64,000 bases of DNA from Eledone cirrhosa (Eukaryota), in assembly GCA_964016885.1 (NCBI GenBank), contig OZ024742.1, positions 304,172,001 to 304,236,000 on the forward strand, given 5' to 3'. The notes beneath the pieces were generated by a model. The model saw only the letters and a list, made by a program, of their open reading frames with translations. It had not been told where the DNA came from and did no database searches. Made by a program: the position numbers and the translations under genes. Shown here piece by piece: positions 54,430 through 64,000 of the stretch. Position 1 is the stretch's first letter; each line of letters begins with the position of its first letter.

Positions 54430-54676
54430 GCATGGAGTGAATGTATGATCGAAGAACTGAACAATTCTGCGTCGTAACCGAGGGAAGTTCAATCTAAAAA
54501 GAGTGAAGATACATAGACGTGTATCCATTAGGCGTATATCACACAGAATGTGATATAACTGCATAGGGTGTTTTAAGGTTGAATAAACATGCAAGTTATC
54601 AATTTATCCATCATATTGGTTTTGGCCAAACACTTGCCAAAGTAACCTCCTTATATATATATACACATACATACAT

Positions 54677-54828
54677 GTATACACATATTTTCATGCATAT
54701 TTACACGAACAAACACATACAGTTACACGTATACACATATATTCATGCATATTTACACGAACAAACACATACAGTTACACGTATACACATATATTCATGC
54801 ATATTTACACGAACAAACACATACAGTT

Positions 54829-54832
<4 letters not shown>
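54677..54832. repeat. Three tandem copies of a 52-bp unit
   Basis: ttcatgcatatttacacgaacaaacacatacagttacac at 54690, 54742, 54794. Confidence 0.9.
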
Positions 54833-54866
<34 letters not shown>

Positions 54867-55052
54867 CAAAGGAATTGTGGTAAGGAACCAGATGGACCAT
54901 AACGCACCAGAATACTCAATACTTAGGGTAGTAGAGTGGGAATAGGAAAAAGTATGACCCCGACGGCAGAGCTGAAGCCTTTTCGACGGCTATTTCTGGA
55001 CGGAAATAGCCGTCGAAAAGGCTTCAGCTCTGCCGTCGGGGTCATACTTTTT

Positions 55053-55057
<5 letters not shown>
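54867..55057. mobile_element. Family A short hairpin copy in (TA)n
   Basis: Tail plus arms 54942-54996 / 55003-55057. Confidence 0.85.
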
Positions 55058-55088
<31 letters not shown>

Positions 55089-55756
55089 TATGTGTATGTA
55101 TATAAATATATATATTAATTTTCTAACATAAAAATATGTAATAATATAAACAGGAACGTATATTTTTGCATGGATAAAGGTATAGATATATAGACAAGTG
55201 TATACATATTTCAAAATGTATATCTATTACATCTAATTTATTTAAATATACGCATATTAAAAAAGTTAATTAAAAGCGGTAACCAAATCACACAGCCTCA
55301 GTAGAACAGGCCTTGCGGGGGAAATGGCAAGTATTTCGAAACGAAGTTAGAGGTAAGAATATCTACTGAATTAGCTGCCCTGTCACAGTGAGAACGAGAT
55401 TAAACTCCGTCGGTTTCGACGATGATAGTTCTATTTTTTCGGTCAACATTACAGCCTGGTCATCAAATTAACGTGTAAATGAGTGAGGATTTCATATATA
55501 AGTGTAAGCCTGATATAATTCTCATGAAAATTCAGCGTGACATGGTGTGTGACAGGGCTGACCATTTGATTTACTGGGACAGTCAATAGGACTCTCTTGG
55601 AAACAGTTTCAGCCTACACAATTCCAATCACAAATGACATTTGCCAAAATATTTCACACAGAGGGATCAAACCAATGCGGTAAATCTGCTGCATCCACAT
55701 GTGTTTATACACCTATACATACACATGCACACATACACACCGCAAACACGCACAGA

Positions 55757-55847
<91 letters not shown>

Positions 55848-55852
<5 letters not shown>

Positions 55853-56424
55853 AACGTGGGAAGAAAGTGGAATACTGCGTGGTTGCACATGGGTTACATA
55901 TTATAAAATTAGTCCCTCATCAGTGATTTGCCAACCAACATTGGTATTTCATCTCATTAAAAATCAGATATCTCAGGTTGGTGCGAGCAATAACTAAAAT
56001 AAGATATTGGGACAAGTGAATCGCGTAAGGCGAGTGAGACAAGTAAACAACATAGAAGGAAAAGCAAACCGAAGGTAGGAAAACAGCAAGCAACATGATG
56101 GTTATCCGGTCAGCATAAACTGGGTGAATTTCATGAGCGGTCAGAAAACAGACCGTCCGCACTGAATGATATGTGAGAAAGAAAGAACCCCACTACTAAC
56201 GAACGGGAGGAGTGAGAAGGGGAGAAACAGAGAGTGAGTGAGTGGAAGTGCGAGGAAGAGGTCAGTCGAGAGAAAGTGTAACTGACAGAAGGGGCGAAAG
56301 AAGGTGATAGAAAAAGAGAGAACGGGGGAGCAGTAAGAGAGAAAGACAGAAACAGATAATCGCAGTCGAGGTAAATATGTATGAAAAACATGGGAAGAAA
56401 GTGGAATACTGCGTGGTTGCACAT
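55848..56424 (-). mobile_element. 533-bp unit with ~43-bp terminal direct repeat and a half HHR, in (TA)n
   Basis: atgaaaaac.tgggaagaaagtggaatactgcgtggttgcacat at 55848 and 56381; minus strand has CTGATGA-ggg...ccc but no GAAA. Confidence 0.65.
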
Positions 56425-56425
56425 A

Positions 56426-56475
<50 letters not shown>

Positions 56476-56622
56476 TATATATAGAGAGAGAGATGTAGGT
56501 AGGTAGATATATTCCTAAATGTTGGGTAAATGTATTCGATTACTCGATAGTAGAGTGTAGATTTCATTGAACAATTTTTGTTTTTATACCCTCACGCGTT
56601 CCAGTATTTTTTTACTGTAAAC

Positions 56623-56735
<113 letters not shown>

Positions 56736-56787
56736 GAAAATTATAATAATAAACAAGTAAGACGTTTACATTAGTCCATACCTATTT

Positions 56788-56844
56788 ATTTTATTATACG
56801 TATTTCAAAGACGAATCTGCCTACGTTTTCTCTTCAGATAAAAT
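56788..56844 (-). ncRNA. Type I hammerhead ribozyme with palindromic minimal stem III
   Basis: Minus strand: attttat-CTGAAGA-gaaaacg taggcagatt cgtcttt-GAAA-tacgta-TA-ataaaat; perfect 7-bp stem I; ~55 nt upstream of a (TA)n tract. Confidence 0.75.
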
Positions 56845-56976
56845 CAACGGGAGATGTAAAAACCGTTGATGTGCAATCGGGCACACGCACGAACTGTTCA
56901 TTTCGGCGACTGGGTAGCACACACAGACACACACACACCCATCTCTCTCTTTCTCTCTCTCTCTATATATATCTAT

Positions 56977-57007
<31 letters not shown>

Positions 57008-58896
57008 TCTATATATATATATATATATATATATGTAAGTATTTATATAAGTGTTTATAAGTCATACAATGTTAGTTCAATAGATAGACTGATTGATCAC
57101 CAGAATTATCGGTTTCATCATAATGACCACTAATATATGCCTTGATGCATTTTGTCATATCAGTGCAGAATATTTTCCAATATATTTTGGTGCTAAGCTA
57201 TGGATATTTATTTATAAATGGAGTGTTTGGTGGTTCCCTGCAGTGTCAGGCGAATTATTTTCTACGTTCGTTGTGGTAGGTTTGCATATCTTACTTTAAG
57301 TGATATTTCGAAACCACAGAAGTGTCAATTCCAATATTAGCATCGTGAAAATCTGGTTCTGTTGCTGCTAAGAAATCATAAACGCTTTCATATGCTAGAA
57401 TAATCCGCCGTTGATTTATGCTGCACCAGCCGATGTCCATCTTCAGTATCGATTACCTCTACTAAAAGTAATTACAGTGGTAAGGTTTTTCTAAGCCGAA
57501 CAATATAGAATCTCAAATCTTTTTCATTTATCATATAAAATGAACTTTTGTCTCTTTCAACTAGATTAACTTTTCCATTTAACTTCCTTCCTATCAACAT
57601 AAATCAATATCTTGGTGTTATCTGTATCATGTTATTGGATTTTTATACATCATGATTTCTGAAACCACGTTTAAATTTAAAATAAAAAAATATCTCTTAA
57701 ACAATGTTTTATATTTACATGATACACTCCGTGCTTTGAGGTCTTGATGCAGGATGTCCGATTCACAAGAAACTTAACGCTTTTGACCCGGTCACTCTTT
57801 TCCCATACATCTAACTCTAAAATAAGGAGAAGAGTCGATCACAATCATAAATGCGACATATAATCTCTTTCCCTGTTTTATGACCATCGGTTATGGTTAT
57901 AACGAACCATATCAACTAGTAATTTATACTCCCATTTCTCCCATCTGTTGTCATTCGACCATGATATTGTCTTTGAACTTGGCAGAAACATATATTTGGC
58001 CGTATCTGGCAGGTAATTCTTCTCGCAGAATTGCCCGCATCTCAACTTTTAAACCTGAGACTTCCTGTACGAAGTTAGAATAGCTGGTAGCACAGGTGGG
58101 AGCATGTTTTGTCCAATTTATGAACTCTGGAGTGGTCAATGTTTAAGTCATACATGTCAAACTTTTCTGTTCATGCATTATCATGCATTAATGATATTAC
58201 TCTCACGCCCACCAGTCAATCTAACACATGATACCACACTTCAGCTCAGTTAAGATGTTATCTTTATGCATTTTAACAAACAACGCTACCCAAGACGGGA
58301 CATGCTTCCATGACCCCAACCATATTTTGTTAGATTTTACCAAAATATCATTCTCAATAGCCAAAAACATAATTACGATCTGTATCAAGGTATAACTCAT
58401 ATACTTTACCGTAGCCAGGACGAACAATCATGAAATATGCTACAAAAACAATAACATTTTGAAGGCTATGTCTGGAATTAACACATACCTTTCACAGACA
58501 AATATATAACTGTATATGATTTCTTTTTCTCTCTACATTCGATTAAAATAATGTCACTATAATCATTTGTTGAGTCTGTAAAAAAAGATCCACAAGAGAA
58601 TGCTTCTCCCATGAGTGAAAGTGTGTTGCAGTTACCGTCAAGAAATCCAAGGGAACTAATTAAAGTTCATTGAAATTTGTCTGGTAGGGAAATCTTACGT
58701 CATCCGTCATTCAATCGAAGTCTTGAAAAAGAAGTAATTTAAACTTGCAGACGCGTGCCAAAGCTTGCTTAGAGAAATTCCCAAAGTGTCCCGCGCCTCT
58801 GACATCACAACATGCTGAGAGGGCAGTAATTGATATTTATCTGACAAATAATTACACAAACATAATCATATATGCATACATACACACACACACACT

Positions 58897-58943
<47 letters not shown>

Positions 58944-58947
58944 TTAG

Positions 58948-59099
<152 letters not shown>

Positions 59100-60223
59100 G
59101 TATATATATATATATGTGTATATATATATGTATATGTATATATATATATATGTGTGTAGAGAGAGAACTGGAGAACTGTGTGTATATGTATGGACTTATG
59201 TGTGTATGTCTATAATATCTAGCATCTTAATATCTAATATACAAGGTATCACGTATATGCGTAAATGAGTATTTATGCGTGTATTGCGCATACCATTGTC
59301 TAATTGCATTATTACATATTCATAAATGTATATGCTCTGCAAATGAATGCAAGTAGAAAGAACAGGAACAGTAGATGTATATCTAAACATTACCTCTTAT
59401 TCATTTCTTGGCGGGGAAAATCTCTCTTCAAAATTTCATTCTGTTTCCATAAACACATAGATCACAATTCGGAGGCCTTGTGCAATGAACAACACCTTTG
59501 CAAATGGAAGTTATCTACTAAATACGATTGCTTGGATCGAGGCATTTTTGGCGCTGAGTTACGCTAATTAAGAACCAATCTTCTTCCAATGCCTATAGGT
59601 TTTACTTAATTATTTTCAGTGGTGCGTATTTCAATTCTTTTCTTTCTCATTTACTTTCACCAATTGTTTTCACTGCATTGTATTTCTTTAATTTTTTATA
59701 CATTGTTTTACATCATGTTTTTTTTTAAAATTCTTTGGCATTAACTTATCTTCCTTACAGTTATATTTACATTTTGTTGGTGTTTATGCATTGTCAAGTC
59801 ATTTATTTATACATATTCATCCATGCTCAGAAATATATGCACGTGCGTATATATCTACGAGCGTGAAACAACTGTATATAATTGTGTGAGAATGTAGTTT
59901 TATGTATATATGCAGACCTACACTTATGATAATGTGAGTATATGTGTAGTTAAAACCAAGTACGAATGATTGGGACAAATATGCCTCACATTCATGATTT
60001 TAAAATCTTCTCCAATCGATATTTCTACTCATCCGATCAAATTTATAGAGGCTGGATTATATATACTTTCTTTCCACACACACACCACGCATACATTCAC
60101 ATATATACGCAGATACACATAAACACTCATAAATATAAACATACATGATTAATTAGCACTCTAATGAGTATGTATGAATGAACGCATATATATATAATAT
60201 GTATATAATTATATTCTTTTTTT

Positions 60224-60650
60224 GTCGGCTCCATCATGTAGAGCTAATTTTAATGTCTTGTTAACCAGACTGCTATTTTTAGCGGCATGGAATTTCGAGA
60301 CAAGCTGGGTTCCGGAGACACGTGCGCTATTTCATATCGCACACAATTCAGTCTGCTAATATTTTTTGGAAGTGGAAGGATCGCTAATTTCTCAACAACT
60401 ACTGAGGAGCAGAGAAACGTGTTGACTTCACTTAATAAGATGTTGCGGAACAGTTTTCAAAACTGTCTAGTTGTTACCAGCCTATTGCTCGATATAGGTC
60501 TGTTATTTTTCTTATTTTACTACTTAAAATTAAATCTGACAAAACATATTGCTGTAGTTAGTATTTTTTCACCCTAGCTAACCTAATCCTTACGATTCGA
60601 ACAGATGTATGTTTATATTAGTGTTCATCTCTCTTGTTTATTCAATTATA
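60224..60650 (+). mobile_element. Diverged family B copy with HHR (60394-60475) carrying GGAA for GAAA
   Basis: Colinear patchy similarity to the minus strand of 29449-29860; aacaacta-CTGAGGA-gca...tgc-GGAA-cagttttcaaaactg-TC-tagttgtt. Confidence 0.75.
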
Positions 60651-61272
60651 TTCTTTTTTCTCTTAATTTTGAGGTTATATTTCATGGGTCCTTTCCCGGT
60701 GGCAAGGTTACAACGAAATGGGAATGTTTGTTGTCCTCAGTGCAATCCTATTCCCTTTGAATCCTAAAATTGTTTTGCTTATTTTGAAAGTTGCAGCTAT
60801 CCCTTCCATTTGTGGCATATGGATGAATGAGCTACGTTCTTCCTCCACAAATCCAAGGTGAGTCATAAATTCTTTATGAATGGTTCATACGTGTCCCCAT
60901 TCTCCTCTATATTTTGTACTATATTTCAATCGAGTCGACAGTTGATCTCTACTGCAGAGCAGATTTTTAAAGTGTGGTCTCAAACAAAATATTAGGCCAG
61001 TTGTGTTTTAATTTGGCGGAGGCGTTTTTTAGGTTTCACCCGTATTTGCATGAGTCATCAATTTTAACATATTGCTCCCTACATATTTTTTTTATTTTTG
61101 TGATCGTGTATGTCTGTCTGTATGTATGAAAGTATGTATGTATGGGCGGAAGAACTCATAAGAGTCTACGACCATCCAAAAGTGTGTAAATATGTATATA
61201 CACAGGTACATACGTATGTATATGTGTATATACATGGGTGCATGTGTATGCATATGCGCAGGGAGATAGAAA

Positions 61273-61540
61273 TAGTCGGGCTGGACACCCGATCGTGCGG
61301 TTAAACCACTGGGAGTGAAGGACATACTTCTAGGAGAAGCAACTCTGGAAACTGGGGTAACTGGGGTAACCTGCGGCTCAGTAGTTACCGGTGATGTTGA
61401 TCTTTTATTATTTTCGGGTTATAGCTAGTGTCGCTCAGAGAGTGGGATTGGCTCAGTGCACAGTCTTTCCTCACTTAATTAATAATTATTAATAATGGTA
61501 TATCGTGCAATGACCATACTCGATAACGAGGGGAAGCCAT
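61273..61540 (+). mobile_element. Third copy of the RTE-derived short element
   Basis: Match to 2094-2413; followed by (TATG)n. Confidence 0.7.
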
Positions 61541-62437
61541 TATGTATGTATGTATGTATGTATGTATGCAAGTATGTATTTGCGTGTATTCATATATATT
61601 GTAACTAGGTAGCGATGTTTTCAGTTAGTCAGAGTTTCCTAAAATATGAGGATGTGATACTTACGATGATGGTATTAAAATTGGTAACATGATATATCTG
61701 CTTCTGATACTTCAGATTACGTAGTTAAAGAGGATAAAGCGTTTGAACTCATTGCTGTTTTATAGAGCAACCGATACTGAACAGACTATCTTGTAGAGGG
61801 CAGAAATTCAGATTTGTCACGTTGAATAGTTATTACTCGTTTGAACTAGTTAAAACCGATTTTAAAAACTGATTATATTTAGGATTGTAATTTAGAATTT
61901 CGTCTAGTAATGAGAACAGCGCCTGATTTTTTTTTAACTCACTGTGCATTGAAATATAAAACAAAATATATTTAAATAATAAATATTTTATGATGAGACG
62001 AAAAACGTTAAAAATTAAATGAAAATAGGTAACGCTGCAGAATAGGATATGAAATAAAATATAAAAAAAGTCGTATATATGTAAAAAAAAAAAGAAAATG
62101 ACCAGAAAGAAAACAAAATGAAAACAAATATCAAAACAAAAATGATAAAATATGAAATGAAACATTGAAAAAAAGGTGAGTGGGATAGGATAAGACTCCA
62201 GAGAGAAATAGAAATGAGAAATTATGTGACGTAGAAGCAAAAGTTAAATAAAAACATTAGGAAGAGAAGGAGAAAACGACTCAGAGCGTATATCTAAGTA
62301 AAAAGAGAGATAGTATTTAATATAAATAGAATATGTCTATATCTATTCATCTATCTATACATCTATGTATCTATCTATCCATCTATCTCTCTATCTATCT
62401 ATTTATCTATCTATCTATATATCTATCTATCTCTCTA

Positions 62438-62497
<60 letters not shown>

Positions 62498-63097
62498 TAA
62501 AATATATATTCTATCTATCTTCTATCTCTCTATATATATTGATATATATATATATGCGTGTGTCTGTGTGTATGTATGTGTGAATGTGTATGTGTGTGAG
62601 TGTGTATGTTTGTGTGACAGAAAAATTACGAGTAAAAAATAAAAATAAAGCGAAAATAAAACGGAGAGCCATGACCGAATATTAAATTAATCAGAAATAG
62701 TAACAAATAAAAATATTAATAAACTGAGCAAAAAGTTTTATCAAATATAATAATATTACACAGAAATAAAATGCTATAAAAGAAAATTGAATTTCAAACC
62801 AAAAGGTCTGAAAGAGAACTGATTTGGTTGTCACCATAGCAACGGGACTAATTAAAGAGAAAAATGATTTAACTGATTTAAGTATTGGATAGTAAAAAGG
62901 AATAACAAATGAATGTGTCTCTATACATACATACTTACATAAATGTAAATATCATGCATATATGTATAAGTATGCATAGATGACTGTATATCAATATAGA
63001 CATACCTACATACGTGCTTACACAGACACAGACACACAGACACACACACACATACACAAACATACACACACATACACACATACACAAACACAAACAC

Positions 63098-63144
<47 letters not shown>

Positions 63145-63147
<3 letters not shown>

Positions 63148-63221
63148 GGTGTCCTAAAAATGTATGCACACTTTGATTAGAATGCTGTAGAAGTGTGTAT
63201 ATATTTCTTTGGGACACCCTG
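63145..63221. mobile_element. 77-bp Tc1/mariner-type MITE
   Basis: TA|cagggtgtcc...ggacaccctg|TA with imperfect ~30-bp TIRs. Confidence 0.7.
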
Positions 63222-63293
63222 TAAATATATATATATATATATGTATGTTTATATATATACATGTTTATATATATATTTAAATGTATATATATG

Positions 63294-63398
<105 letters not shown>

Positions 63399-63399
63399 A

Positions 63400-63760
63400 A
63401 GCGAGTGATCAACACCTTCAACTGAATCAATAATCGATTTACGGATTTATAAATCTTGTGTGACACTTAAATCCCGCCAAAATCTTGCAATCACGGCCCT
63501 AAGAGTGTGGGTTACAGAACAACTCAGCAGGTACTTTAGTCATCACCCTTATCTTGCTCATGTTTTTGAGACGACTTTGTCATATTCGCATTTACTCTCT
63601 TGCCAGTGAGCCTGATGTGGGTTGATGATGTGATGAACTGCCAAGCTTGATGACTATCGCTTAATAATTGCGGATAGCAAGGAATAGATGCATAGGTGTG
63701 TCATAGGATGTCTTGAAGAACAGTCCAATGTGTTATTATCCTGGAGTCGAATCTGCCGTG
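63400..63760 (-). pseudogene. Possible very decayed Tc1/mariner transposase C-terminus
   Basis: Weak motif resemblance only (IRLQDNN..., HTLRAVIA..., KSIIDSVEG). Confidence 0.25.
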
Positions 63761-64000
63761 TACTATATTACCTAACGAAATAAATCCAACCCCATACATA
63801 CCTCACAGACATGCAACCCTACACACCCACACACATGCACATACAGTCATATATATATAAGTGTGTGTAGTAAAAATCGGTGAATGTAAAAAAGGAAAAG
63901 TGTAAACAGTGTTCAATCGGGCATGAGAAGTGTTATATTATATTATTTATTTATGTTTAATCACGGAACAATATATGTATATATATATATACGTTTTGAA

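Noticed and set aside
54677-54832. Regularly spaced repeats reminiscent of a CRISPR array
   Set aside because: No unique spacers; plain 52-bp tandem repeat in eukaryotic DNA
57700-58430. Possible minus-strand LINE RT relic (GKRLYVAFM)
   Set aside because: Single short motif; too decayed to call

Overview
AT-rich, microsatellite-dense animal genomic DNA with no recognisable host protein-coding gene. It is probably intergenic or intronic, and the Meta-domain tRNA SINEs plus (TA)n/(CA)n/(TATG)n density suggest an octopus-like cephalopod (inference). Almost all ORF-track entries are microsatellite artefacts. The real content is decayed mobile DNA: R4/Dong-, RTE-, CR1- and Tx1-type LINE pieces, a Gypsy integrase, a mariner, a non-autonomous Helitron, SINE clusters and two Penelope-like element (PLE) ORF remnants. 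The main hidden signal is a set of unrelated non-coding element families sitting in or next to (TA)n tracts. Most share one architecture: head-to-head inverted arms with 3' ends facing outward and one arm carrying an extra tail. Many carry type I hammerhead ribozymes (HHRs), of which I can fold about ten by eye. The set includes a 422-bp tandem unit with one minimal HHR per unit and a circularly permuted ~520-nt unit, both retrozyme-like candidates for self-cleaving/circular RNAs. Several junctions fall at or near predicted ribozyme cleavage sites. All structures were folded by eye, and boundaries of decayed elements are approximate.
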